42,635 nucleotides of DNA from an uncultured Bacilli bacterium (GCA_947631475.1 CANRLI010000003.1:1-42635); one strand, 5' to 3'. Counted from the stretch's first letter, positions 9,996-19,899 are shown. Program-made: numbers and translations. The notes: generated by a model from the letters alone, not told the origin.

Positions 9996-10397
9996 ATGAA
10001 AATATTAGATTTATTAAAAGAATTTGTGCCGACTTTAAAAAAGTATGTTAATTATTTGATGAAAGTAGATTTCAAAGGTTTATTTATTAATACAATTATT
10101 ATTCTATGTTTAATTTTGTTAGCAGCTTTTGTTTATGTTCCTCTTGGAATAGTTCAAGATGTTTTAAATAGTCTATTACAACTATTTATTCCGTTAACAG
10201 GAACATTTGGTTTAATTTATTCTTTATTATTTAAAATAATAGGAGCTCTACTTGCAATCATAGTTTTTATCTACTTGTTTAATAAAAGATTTGAAGATAT
10301 TGAAAATAAAGAAAAAGAAGAAAAAAGAGAAGTAAATAATAAAAAAGTTGGAGAAACTGAAAAAGATAATTTAGATTTACCAAAAGAAAAGGAATAA
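9996..10397 (+). CDS. Small 2-TM membrane protein with charged tail
   Basis: Two hydrophobic segments; starts 5 nt after upstream stop (or overlapping GTG at 9987). Confidence 0.75.
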   Translation: MKILDLLKEFVPTLKKYVNYLMKVDFKGLFINTIIILCLILLAAFVYVPLGIVQDVLNSLLQLFIPLTGTFGLIYSLLFKIIGALLAIIVFIYLFNKRFEDIENKEKEEKREVNNKKVGETEKDNLDLPKEKE

Positions 10398-10544
10398 GAT
10401 TGTAATACTGAATATTAGGATTTTAATCCTTTTTTTATTTTATTTATGTAAAGGTTGCTTTTTAATTGCTTTAAAACTTGTCAATTATTTTAAAATGTGG
10501 TATTGTGTTCCTTGGGTTTTAAAAACAAGAAGTGGGGAAGTTAT

Positions 10545-12356
10545 ATGGATAAAATAATAAATATAGCTGTAGTAGCGCATGTTGATGCTGGTAAAAGTAC
10601 ATTAGTTGATGCTCTTCTTAATCAAAATGGCGTTTTTCGTGAAAATGAAGAAGTAGTTGACTGTGTAATGGATAGTAATGACATAGAAAGAGAAAGAGGA
10701 ATTACTATTTATTCCAAAAATTGTGCTATTAGGTATAAAGATTATAAAATTAATATTGTGGATACGCCTGGTCATGCCGATTTTTCTTCAGAAGTAGAAC
10801 GAATTATGAAAACTGTTGATACAGTAATATTACTTGTAGATGCTGCTGAAGGACCTATGCCTCAAACAAGATTTGTTTTAAATAAGGCGTTAGAACAAAA
10901 TTTGAAACCAATTTTATTTATAAATAAAATAGACAAAAAGGATGCTCGTCCTCAAGAAGTTGTGGATATGACTTTTGATTTATTTATGGAATTAAATGCG
11001 ACTGATGAGCAATTAGATTTTCCAATTGTTTATGGAATTGCTAGAGAGGGAATTGCTCAACTTTCTTTAGATGAACCAGGTAAAGATATATCACCATTAC
11101 TTGATATAGTCTTAAAACAATGTAAACCTTATGAAGGTAATGAAAATGACCCATTACAAATGCAGGTTAGTTCTTTAGATTATGATTCATTTATTGGTAG
11201 ATTAGGAATTGGTCGTGTTACAAAAGGAAAAATAAAAAATGGACAGACTGTTGCTTTAGCTAAAAACGACGGAACTATTTCATCTTTTAGAATATCTAAA
11301 TTATTTGTTGAGGAAGGTATTAAAAGGGTTGAAAAAGACGTAGCTTATTATGGCGATATTGTTACTTTTGCTGGGTGTCCTGATATTTCAATTGGGGATA
11401 CGGTTTGTGATAAAGATAATATTAAGCCAATGGAACCTATTGTAATTGAAAGACCAACCTTAAGTATGGATTTTTTAGTCAATTCTAGTCCTTTTGCTGG
11501 TAAAGATAAGTTAAGTAAATTTATAACTAGTAGACATATTAAAGAACGATTAGAAAAAGAATTGGAGACAAATGTTGGTTTAGAAGTAGAGGAATTACCA
11601 GATTCTGATGGTTATAAAGTATCAGGACGTGGAGAATTGCATTTGTCAATTTTGTTGGAAAATATGCGTCGTGAAGGTTATGAACTAAGTGTGTCAAAAC
11701 CAGAAGTTTTATATAAAGAAGTTAATGGAGTAAAATGTGAACCATTTGAAAAGGTTATTGTTAATTGTCCTTCTGAGTATTCGGGTACTATTATTAATGA
11801 TTTACAAGAAAGAAAAGCTACCTTAGAGGTCGTTAATAATGATGAAAATAATTATGTTCATTTGGAATTTAGTGCTCCTACACGTGGTCTGATTGGCTAT
11901 CGAAGTGCATTTATAACTAATACTAAAGGTGAAGGAGTTATGGTTCGTAGTTTTGATGAATACAAACCTTGTGTTGGGGAAATTAGCGGACGTAAAAATG
12001 GTGTTTTAGTTTCAATGGAAAATGGTAAAACATTAGGATTCTCATTATTTAACTTACAGGATAGAGGAACTTTAATTGTTGGCCCAGCAGAAGAAGTATA
12101 TGTTGGTATGATTGTGGGAATTAACAATCGAGATAATGATTTGAATGTTAATCCATGTAAAAATAAACAACTTACTAATACACGTGCTTCGGGAAGTGAT
12201 GAGGCAATTGCTCTTATTAAACCTAAGACATTCTCTTTAGAGGAAGCATTAGAGTTTATTGAAGACGATGAATATGTGGAAGTTACACCAAGTGCTATTC
12301 GTTTAAGGAAAAAGATTCTTGATCCTAATGAAAGATTTAGATTAAACAGAAAATAA
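10545..12356 (+). CDS. typA: Translational GTPase TypA/BipA
   Basis: AHVDAGKS, ERERGITI, DTPGHADF, NKID, VSGRGELHL, PTRGLIG, KQLTNTRASGSD. Confidence 0.97.
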   Translation: MDKIINIAVVAHVDAGKSTLVDALLNQNGVFRENEEVVDCVMDSNDIERERGITIYSKNCAIRYKDYKINIVDTPGHADFSSEVERIMKTVDTVILLVDAAEGPMPQTRFVLNKALEQNLKPILFINKIDKKDARPQEVVDMTFDLFMELNATDEQLDFPIVYGIAREGIAQLSLDEPGKDISPLLDIVLKQCKPYEGNENDPLQMQVSSLDYDSFIGRLGIGRVTKGKIKNGQTVALAKNDGTISSFRISKLFVEEGIKRVEKDVAYYGDIVTFAGCPDISIGDTVCDKDNIKPMEPIVIERPTLSMDFLVNSSPFAGKDKLSKFITSRHIKERLEKELETNVGLEVEELPDSDGYKVSGRGELHLSILLENMRREGYELSVSKPEVLYKEVNGVKCEPFEKVIVNCPSEYSGTIINDLQERKATLEVVNNDENNYVHLEFSAPTRGLIGYRSAFITNTKGEGVMVRSFDEYKPCVGEISGRKNGVLVSMENGKTLGFSLFNLQDRGTLIVGPAEEVYVGMIVGINNRDNDLNVNPCKNKQLTNTRASGSDEAIALIKPKTFSLEEALEFIEDDEYVEVTPSAIRLRKKILDPNERFRLNRK

Positions 12357-12375
12357 GTAAATTTCTGTTTTTTTT
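12344..12375 (+). terminator. Intrinsic terminator of typA
   Basis: AAACAGAAA / TTTCTGTTT stem plus T tract. Confidence 0.65.
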
Positions 12376-12428
12376 ATTGTGTTATAAATAAAAAATGTTT
12401 ATAATAAAACGCAAAAGTTGGTGGGTTT

Positions 12429-13412
12429 ATGGTATCAGTATGTGAATTAAATGAAGAAGATATAGAAAAATATAAGCTTGTTTTTCAAGCTTGTTATGAC
12501 TTATTTAATGATGTGTCTGGTTTATATTACAAAATAAAAATAAATGGCAATGAAAGAATATTACATAGAACGGAAAATCTTTTTACTGTATTCGAATTAG
12601 AAAACGAAATTATTAACTATGAAATGTTTGCAGTGGATGAAGATTATAAAATAGTTGAAGTGGGTTTTGATGATTATGAAATGCATCGTCTTGGTGAGGA
12701 TAATGTTTTTCAAAGAAGAGATAATGGAGTTGCTGAAGTTATTAAACCGATTGTTAGAACTAATGGAGACGATTTTGAGGGATATAATGGTTTGATAATG
12801 TATACGCAATATAATAAAAATAATGATATGAGAGTGATAATTACTTATCAGCATAATTTTTATAATGGACAAGGAAAATTATTCCCTTTTCATGCAAAAG
12901 TACCTTTTCAAATAACCATACAAAAGCATGTTGCTTTAAAAGACAAAGGTCTTAAAATTCCTTTTTGTCAAGAGACATATATTAAAAGAACTTTTGATTA
13001 TAATGATGAGCCTAAGTATTATACTTGGGCAACGATGAAAGATTTTGGCGTTGTTGCTACTTTGGGCAAAGATGTTGTTAGTTTACAAGGAACAAGTGAT
13101 ATAACAAGATATTATAAAGAGTTGTTTGTGACAAAAGATTATCGAGCAGTTTCATTATTCCCATTCTGTTGTCAGTATAAGATAGATGATATTAATGACT
13201 ATCTAAAAAGTAAAGGGTTTAGTACTTCTATACCACAAATTTTAATTGATGATTATAATGATGATTTATATGAGCTTAATATTTATCAAGAATTAGCTGA
13301 TTATATAAAAGAGATAGAAGAAAATAAGGATTATTCAAATGCTAGTCCAGTGGTTTTAAAATTAACGGTAGATGAAGGTGGGGATAAAGTTGGCAAGAAT
13401 TATAAAATGTGA
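12429..13412 (+). CDS. Hypothetical cytoplasmic protein, paralog A
   Basis: 327-codon ORF; aligns by eye with the next ORF. Confidence 0.75.
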   Translation: MVSVCELNEEDIEKYKLVFQACYDLFNDVSGLYYKIKINGNERILHRTENLFTVFELENEIINYEMFAVDEDYKIVEVGFDDYEMHRLGEDNVFQRRDNGVAEVIKPIVRTNGDDFEGYNGLIMYTQYNKNNDMRVIITYQHNFYNGQGKLFPFHAKVPFQITIQKHVALKDKGLKIPFCQETYIKRTFDYNDEPKYYTWATMKDFGVVATLGKDVVSLQGTSDITRYYKELFVTKDYRAVSLFPFCCQYKIDDINDYLKSKGFSTSIPQILIDDYNDDLYELNIYQELADYIKEIEENKDYSNASPVVLKLTVDEGGDKVGKNYKM

Positions 13413-14394
13413 AGGTGAGGTACTAGAAAAGATACCTAATATAATGGGTCATATTTATGAATATTTTAAAGAAAAACCACTAGTCGTTTATGCTGTTATA
13501 GATGAAAATAAGCAAATAGGTTTTATTGCTAAGGATTTTGATAATGGTATTTATCTTAAAACAGCAAGTAGTGATTATGATATTATTCCTTTTCGTTTAA
13601 ATGAAGATGGGACATTGGGGGTATTTAAAATAGGTGATAATACTATTTTTAAAAATAATTTGGAAATTAAAAAAACTAAACTGATGGAGATAAAAGATAG
13701 TACAAATGATGTTTTTATGATAGATGGACAAGGAATACAGTATTGCCTTGGTATTAGAAAGTTAGATAATGAAGATGTAGACGGCTATAATGGAATGGTA
13801 TTTTTACTACAATATAATCCTCAAACTGATGTTTTATGTGATATTAAATATCAACAAATGTATTATGAAAATGGTGGTAAAAATTTAATATATGATTTTC
13901 ACACTAATATTATTGATGCTTTATCTATTGAGGAAAATTATTGTAAATGTCAAAAACGTCGTGGTTTTCTTGGACCTAATTTTAAGTATTATACAAAATA
14001 TGAATTTGGTACTGGTATGTTAGGATATGTGATATCAACAATTAAAGATTATGGTTTTGTGAAAACGATGCGTAATGGTTCTTATGACTTACAAAAAAGT
14101 GATAGAATCGTTCGTTATGTTAAAAGCGCTTATCTATGTAAAGATGGTAGTTATTGTGATTTATGGCCTTTTGCATTGCAAAAAACTACGGATGAGATAA
14201 ATAAGATAATTGAAGAGTATGGGTTTAAAAATCAAATACCAGATATTTTATTGGATGTTTATAATGATTACGATCAAGTTAGTTGTGAATTACATGGATT
14301 AATAGAACAGATAAAAAATATTGAATTAAAAGAGGATAATGAAATGAGTGTGCATCTACAATTGGTTATAGAAAGTATGACGGAAGATAATTGA
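13390..14394 (+). CDS. Hypothetical cytoplasmic protein, paralog B
   Basis: Probable TTG start at 13390 after AAGGTGGGG; shares GYNG..QYN, KD[FY]G, L[FW]PF, IP.IL.D.YND with paralog A. Confidence 0.75.
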   Translation: MARIIKCEGEVLEKIPNIMGHIYEYFKEKPLVVYAVIDENKQIGFIAKDFDNGIYLKTASSDYDIIPFRLNEDGTLGVFKIGDNTIFKNNLEIKKTKLMEIKDSTNDVFMIDGQGIQYCLGIRKLDNEDVDGYNGMVFLLQYNPQTDVLCDIKYQQMYYENGGKNLIYDFHTNIIDALSIEENYCKCQKRRGFLGPNFKYYTKYEFGTGMLGYVISTIKDYGFVKTMRNGSYDLQKSDRIVRYVKSAYLCKDGSYCDLWPFALQKTTDEINKIIEEYGFKNQIPDILLDVYNDYDQVSCELHGLIEQIKNIELKEDNEMSVHLQLVIESMTEDN

Positions 14395-14443
14395 TTTTTA
14401 GACAATTAATGATATACTTAATTAAGAAAAAAGGAGTGAAACT

Positions 14444-15937
14444 ATGCGTGAATTTACAGAACAGGAATTGGTAAGAAGAGAAAAGGCAGATAAAATAAGA
14501 GAATTAGGTCTTGATCCTTTTGGTCATAAATTTGAACGAACAGGTTATGCCGCGGCGATAAAAGAAAAGTATGCAAATGTAGAACATGATGCTTTTGAAA
14601 ATATGAATGATACTGTCACAGTGGCCGGTAGAATTATGTTTATTAGAAAAATGGGTAAGGCATCTTTCTTTTCAATTAAAGATAAAACGGGTTCTATTCA
14701 AATTTATATTTCTATAAATGATATAGGAGAAGATGCTTATACTTTATTTAAAAGTGCTGATATAGGTGATATTGTTGGCGTATATGGTAAAGTAATGAAA
14801 ACTCAAACAGGTGAGGTAACTATTAAGTGTTTAGAGTATACTCATTTAGTTAAAGCATTGAAACCATTACCTGAAAAGTTTCATGGACTTACGGATATTG
14901 AAGAAAGATATAGAAGACGTTATGTTGATTTAATTGTTAATGATGAATCTAAACGTGTGGCTTTTTTAAGACCAAAGATTATTAGATGTATCCAAAATTT
15001 TATGGATAATCAGGGTTTTACAGAAGTTGAAACTCCTATTTTGTCTACTTTGCTTACTGGAGCTAGTGCTCGTCCATTTGTAACCCATCATAATACACAG
15101 GATTTGGATATGTATCTTCGTATTGCTTTAGAGTTGCCACTTAAAAGATTATTAGTTGGTGGTATGGAAGCTGTTTACGAAATTGGTCGTGTCTTTAGAA
15201 ATGAAGGAATGGATCCTAAACATAATCCTGAGTTTACTTTAATGGAAGCTTATTTAGCATATAGTGATTTAGAAGGAATGATGGATTTAACTGAAAAAAT
15301 GTATCAGACAATCGCTACAGATGTTATTGGTAAAATGGAATATAATTTTGGGGGATATGAGATAAATTTAGAGGGTCCTTGGAAGAGAATAAGTATGGTT
15401 GATGCAATAAAAGAACAAACGGGCCTTGACTTTAAAAAAGAGATGAGTCTTGATGAGGCTTTAAAACTGGCTTCAGAGCACCATATTGAAGTTCAAGAAC
15501 ATGAAAAGACCGTGGGTCATATTATTAATTTATTTTTTGAAAAATATGTTGAAGAAACTTTAATTCAACCAACCTTTTTATATGGACATCCTGTGGAAAT
15601 ATCACCACTTACAAAGAAAAATCCCGATGATCCAAGGTTTGTCGATAGATTTGAATTGTTTATAGCTGGTAAAGAATTTGCTAATGCTTATACAGAATTA
15701 AATGATCCTATTGATCAGTTGGAAAGATTTGAAGAACAATTAAAAGAAAAAGACTTAGGTAATGAAGAAGCAAATGATATAGATATGGATTTTATAGAAG
15801 CTTTGGAATATGGAATGCCACCTGCTGGCGGAATAGGATATGGAATTGATAGATTATGTATGCTATTTCTAGAGCAAGAGTCAATTCGTGACGTTTTATT
15901 ATTTCCAACAATGAAAGAACGAGGAGGTAAAGAGTAA
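14444..15937 (+). CDS. lysS: Lysine--tRNA ligase (class II)
   Basis: RKMGKASF, RYRRRYVDL, EVETP, FRNEG...HNPEFT, YGMPPAGGIGYGIDRL. Confidence 0.98.
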   Translation: MREFTEQELVRREKADKIRELGLDPFGHKFERTGYAAAIKEKYANVEHDAFENMNDTVTVAGRIMFIRKMGKASFFSIKDKTGSIQIYISINDIGEDAYTLFKSADIGDIVGVYGKVMKTQTGEVTIKCLEYTHLVKALKPLPEKFHGLTDIEERYRRRYVDLIVNDESKRVAFLRPKIIRCIQNFMDNQGFTEVETPILSTLLTGASARPFVTHHNTQDLDMYLRIALELPLKRLLVGGMEAVYEIGRVFRNEGMDPKHNPEFTLMEAYLAYSDLEGMMDLTEKMYQTIATDVIGKMEYNFGGYEINLEGPWKRISMVDAIKEQTGLDFKKEMSLDEALKLASEHHIEVQEHEKTVGHIINLFFEKYVEETLIQPTFLYGHPVEISPLTKKNPDDPRFVDRFELFIAGKEFANAYTELNDPIDQLERFEEQLKEKDLGNEEANDIDMDFIEALEYGMPPAGGIGYGIDRLCMLFLEQESIRDVLLFPTMKERGGKE

Positions 15938-15951
15938 TCTTTATCTTTTTT
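15925..15951 (+). terminator. Intrinsic terminator of lysS
   Basis: AGGTAAAGA-gtaa-TCTTTATCT plus T tract. Confidence 0.6.
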
Positions 15952-16001
15952 GTGTGTAAGGAGCTAATATGTGTTATAATTTGGCTATAGGAGGTTAAAT
16001 T

Positions 16002-17435
16002 ATGAAGAAAAAAAGTGATAAAATTATTTTATTATTGATTATGATTTTAGTATTTTCTGTCTTGTCTTGGGTTATTCCAGGAGGTAGTTTTGCGACGGGA
16101 GCTTTTGTTAAAAGTTCAATGGCAAGAGTTGGAATATACGAATTATTTGTAGCATTTTTTTATTCATTTAGTAGTAGAATAATTGATGTAACGTATATCT
16201 TATTAATTGGTGGTTGTTATGGTGTTTTGATTAATACAAAATCGTATCGTAAGTTAGTTGATAAGACGGCTAATTTGATTTTAAATAAAGAAGCTATTGC
16301 TATGCTTATTATAACTTTGGTAATGGGATTGTATGTATCAATATCAAATCAAATGCTTTTGTTATTTTGTTTAGTCCCTTTTATAGTATCTGTTTTTTTA
16401 AGAAATGGTTGTAAGAAATTGACAGCAATCAGTGCTGCTTTTGGTGGTATCTTTATAGGTTTGATTGGGCAAACTTTTGGAACTTATGGAATGGAAGCTA
16501 TTAATAGTTTGATTGCTACTTTACCTGACCCAGTAGATTCACTAATAGGGGTAAAGATTGTTATCTTTGTTGTTACTTATGCTTTATTTAATACATTTGC
16601 GATAATGTATTTAAATAAATATAAAAGATCGGCTGATGGAGGGCAATATGATTTGTTTTGTCCCGAAGTTTTAGATGAAAGCAAAGTTAAAAAGAGAAAT
16701 AAAACTAAAATATGGCCAACTATAGTAATGTTTTCTATCATGTTAATTGCAATAGGTTTAGGTTATATAAGTTGGAAAGATAGTTTTGGTATTAACTTTT
16801 TTTCAGAATTACATACTAATTTTGAAAATGCTTTAGTTATAGGTGATGATGTACCTTTATTGTCTTCTTTATTTGGTTCTTACCTAACTGGTTTTGGAGA
16901 ATATTCTGATTTGTTGTTTGCAGCATTTTCAGTATTTGTAACAACGATTATTATTGCTTTAATAAATAAAATTTCAATTAGTGATTTTATTAAATATTTT
17001 GGTTCTGGTGTTAAAAATATATCTAAGGTAGCATTTATTTATATTTTGGTATATTCATTAGTAGTATTATTAGCATTATTTCCTTGGCCATTAACTTTAA
17101 TTAATATGTTCTTTGGTAAGGGTAACTTTAATATATTTGCTTTGCCATTAATTGCAATAGTAGCTTATTTATTTGCTATAGACTTTCCTTCTTTTGGTCA
17201 AATGTTTGGGGCATATTTAATCGTAACTTATATGGAAGATATTGCTTCAGCAACATTAATTTGGCATTTAGGCGGAGCTATTGCAACGGTATTTGTTCCA
17301 ACGAGTGTTATCTTATTAATAGCTCTTACTTATGGCGATATTCCTTATATTAAGTGGTTAGGATATATTTGGAAGTTTGTTGTTTCATTACTTATCGCAG
17401 TATTTATTATATTGGGAGTAGCGATATTGATGTAA
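16002..17435 (+). CDS. YfcC/DcuC-like transporter (ion-transporter superfamily; substrate uncertain)
   Basis: About 12 TM; LSWVIPGG at N-terminus, PTS...IPYIKW at C-terminus. Confidence 0.75.
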   Translation: MKKKSDKIILLLIMILVFSVLSWVIPGGSFATGAFVKSSMARVGIYELFVAFFYSFSSRIIDVTYILLIGGCYGVLINTKSYRKLVDKTANLILNKEAIAMLIITLVMGLYVSISNQMLLLFCLVPFIVSVFLRNGCKKLTAISAAFGGIFIGLIGQTFGTYGMEAINSLIATLPDPVDSLIGVKIVIFVVTYALFNTFAIMYLNKYKRSADGGQYDLFCPEVLDESKVKKRNKTKIWPTIVMFSIMLIAIGLGYISWKDSFGINFFSELHTNFENALVIGDDVPLLSSLFGSYLTGFGEYSDLLFAAFSVFVTTIIIALINKISISDFIKYFGSGVKNISKVAFIYILVYSLVVLLALFPWPLTLINMFFGKGNFNIFALPLIAIVAYLFAIDFPSFGQMFGAYLIVTYMEDIASATLIWHLGGAIATVFVPTSVILLIALTYGDIPYIKWLGYIWKFVVSLLIAVFIILGVAILM

Positions 17436-17436
17436 T

Positions 17437-17460
17437 AAAGAAGTTTTTACTTCTTTTTTT
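17437..17460 (+). terminator. Intrinsic terminator
   Basis: AAAGAAGT-tttt-ACTTCTTT plus T tract. Confidence 0.7.
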
Positions 17461-17494
17461 CTTTGGGTAAGCATATGTTTTAATAGGTGAGCTT

Positions 17495-17842
17495 ATGGAA
17501 GAACTATTTATAATGGCTGAAGAAGAAATGAAGTTATTGAAGCAACCTTATGTGGGGACTGAACATTTTTTATTGGCATATTTAAAAAAGAATCCATCTA
17601 TTATGACAATTTCTTATAACACATTTAAAAATTATTTAATAGAAATTATTGGTAGTTCTTATAAAACAAGTGATTACATATTATATACGCCTATCTTAAG
17701 AAGTATTAGAACAAATAAGGATAATGCTAAGGAAGCGGTTTTAGAAATATTAAGTAATACTGATAGTATTGCTTATAATATTTTACTTAGTAAAGGGGTT
17801 AATATTGAAAAGTTATATAATGAAATAAATACTAATGGTTAG
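17495..17842 (+). CDS. Stand-alone Clp N-terminal (ClpC NTD-like) domain protein
   Basis: AEEE..L..PYVGTEHFLLA and DSIAYNILLSKGV motifs, no AAA+ module; SD AGGTGA, own terminator at 17827-17851. Confidence 0.8.
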   Translation: MEELFIMAEEEMKLLKQPYVGTEHFLLAYLKKNPSIMTISYNTFKNYLIEIIGSSYKTSDYILYTPILRSIRTNKDNAKEAVLEILSNTDSIAYNILLSKGVNIEKLYNEINTNG

Positions 17843-17907
17843 TATTTTTTTATTGAGTAAAATGTGTTAAAATAAAAGCACTTAGATTTATGAAAGGTGG
17901 GATAGTT

Positions 17908-19218
17908 ATGAGAATTTATAATTCTTTGACGGATAAGGTAGAAGAATTTGTACCTATTAATGAGGGTAAGGTATCAATGTATGTTTGTGGACCTACAGTA
18001 TACAATTATGTTCATATCGGCAATATGCGTCCAGTATTAACTTTTGACATGGTTTATAATTATTTAAAATACTTAGGTTATGATGTTACATATGCATCTA
18101 ATTTTACTGACGTTAATCCAAAAATTATTATGGCAGCTTCAGAATTAGGTATTACTGAAAGAGAAGTTGCTGATAGGTTTATTAAAGCTTATTTTGATGA
18201 TTTGGAGTCTTATAACTGTTCCCAAATTGATTATCGTCCTCGAGTAATTGAACATATGGACCATATATATGACTTTATTCAGAAGTTAATTGATAAAGAC
18301 ATGGCTTATGAAGTTGATGGTGATGTTTATTTTAGAGTTAATAAAATTAACGATTATGGGGTATTATCTAATCAAAATAGGGAAGAATTAATGAGTGGTG
18401 CTAGAGTTGAAGTTGATGAGAAAAAAGACAATCCTTTAGATTTTGCCCTATGGCGTAAAACAAGTGAAGGTGAACAGTTTGATTCTCCATGGGGTAAGGG
18501 TATTCCAGGATGGCATACAGAGTGTGTCGTAATGATTAATAGTCTTTTTGGGGAAAAAATAGATATTCATGGTGGAGGAGTAGATTTGAAGTTTCCCCAT
18601 CATGAAAATGAAATTGCTCAGAGTATGGCTCTAAATAGTACCCATTTGGCTAATTACTGGATGCACAATGGCCATATTAATGTTAATGGTGAAAAGATGA
18701 GTAAGTCTTTAGGAAACTTTGTTTTAGCAAAAGACTTAATTAAATTACATAGCCCTAATGTTATTAAATTAGCTTTATTTAAAACTCATTATCGTTTACC
18801 TCTTAATTTAACTGATGATTTATTTAATGAAGCAACTATAATAGATAAAAAAATATATGATGCTTTAAAGCAGGCAAATTTAAAAATTCAAATAGAAAAT
18901 TTGCAAGTAGGTAAAACTACACAAGATGAAAATATTAATAAGATAATGGATGAAGATTTTAATACTCCTAATTTAGTTACTTATTTAACTGATTTGGTTA
19001 AAGAATTAAATAGTGCGTTAAGAGGTAATGGCAATATTGAAGAATCATACGATAAAATATTTTTAATTAATAATATATTGGGTTTAAAATATGAGTTGCC
19101 AGTTATGAGTGAAGATGATAAAGAAATTTATAATAAATGGCTTAGTTGTCGAGAAAATAAAGATTTTGAACAAGCTGATCGCTTAAGAGTTGTATTAGCC
19201 GAAAAAAATATAATTTAG
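17908..19218 (+). CDS. cysS: Cysteine--tRNA ligase
   Basis: YVCGPTVY, HIGN, PGWHTEC, DIHGGGVDLKFPHHENE, KMSKS. Confidence 0.98.
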   Translation: MRIYNSLTDKVEEFVPINEGKVSMYVCGPTVYNYVHIGNMRPVLTFDMVYNYLKYLGYDVTYASNFTDVNPKIIMAASELGITEREVADRFIKAYFDDLESYNCSQIDYRPRVIEHMDHIYDFIQKLIDKDMAYEVDGDVYFRVNKINDYGVLSNQNREELMSGARVEVDEKKDNPLDFALWRKTSEGEQFDSPWGKGIPGWHTECVVMINSLFGEKIDIHGGGVDLKFPHHENEIAQSMALNSTHLANYWMHNGHINVNGEKMSKSLGNFVLAKDLIKLHSPNVIKLALFKTHYRLPLNLTDDLFNEATIIDKKIYDALKQANLKIQIENLQVGKTTQDENINKIMDEDFNTPNLVTYLTDLVKELNSALRGNGNIEESYDKIFLINNILGLKYELPVMSEDDKEIYNKWLSCRENKDFEQADRLRVVLAEKNII

Positions 19219-19230
19219 AGGTGAAATTAT

Positions 19231-19899
19231 TTGGAAAATATAGTTTTATACTTATTAGCTTTAGTAATACCAACAATCGCAAGCATTAATATTAATACTT
19301 GTTATGCCAAATATAAAAGTATAAGTAATAAGAAAAAATTAAGTGGATTTGAAGCGGCTAGAAAAATTTTAGATGAAAATGGTTTAAAAGATATGTATGT
19401 TGTTGAAGTTAAAGGTAATTTAACGGATCATTATGATCCAACTCAAAAAGTTGTTAGACTATCATCCGATGTTTTTCATGGCGAAACCATCGCCGCCGTT
19501 GCTGTCGCAGCTCATGAGTGTGGTCATGCTATTCAAGATAAAGAAAATTATGCTTGGATGAAATTTAGGTCAACGATTTATCCAATAATTAATTTTGGCA
19601 CAAATATGGCTTATATTTTATTAATTGTGAGTTTGTTATTACAAATTGTTGATTTCTTAATGATTGCAGTAGTAATGATCTTCTTAAGTTTAATTTTTCA
19701 ACTTGTTACATTACCTGTTGAATTTGACGCTAGTAAAAGAGCTTTAAAGTGCTTGAAAACTTACGACTTAGTTAGTGAAGATGAACACGAAGGTAGTGAA
19801 AAAGTTTTAAAAGCAGCAGCTTTAACATATGTAGCTGCGGTCTTATCTTCAATTCTTAACTTGATTAGATTACTTAGTATTTCTTCAAGAGATAACTAA
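19231..19899 (+). CDS. YugP-like membrane zinc metallopeptidase
   Basis: LTDHYDP, AAHECGHAIQ (HExxH), VTLPVEFDAS, AAALTYVAA; TTG start with SD GAGGTGA. Confidence 0.9.
   Translation: MENIVLYLLALVIPTIASININTCYAKYKSISNKKKLSGFEAARKILDENGLKDMYVVEVKGNLTDHYDPTQKVVRLSSDVFHGETIAAVAVAAHECGHAIQDKENYAWMKFRSTIYPIINFGTNMAYILLIVSLLLQIVDFLMIAVVMIFLSLIFQLVTLPVEFDASKRALKCLKTYDLVSEDEHEGSEKVLKAAALTYVAAVLSSILNLIRLLSISSRDN

Noticed and set aside
14395-14443. T-box leaders before lysS and cysS
   Set aside because: Intergenic gaps are only about 50-65 nt and no T-box motif with its terminator is present
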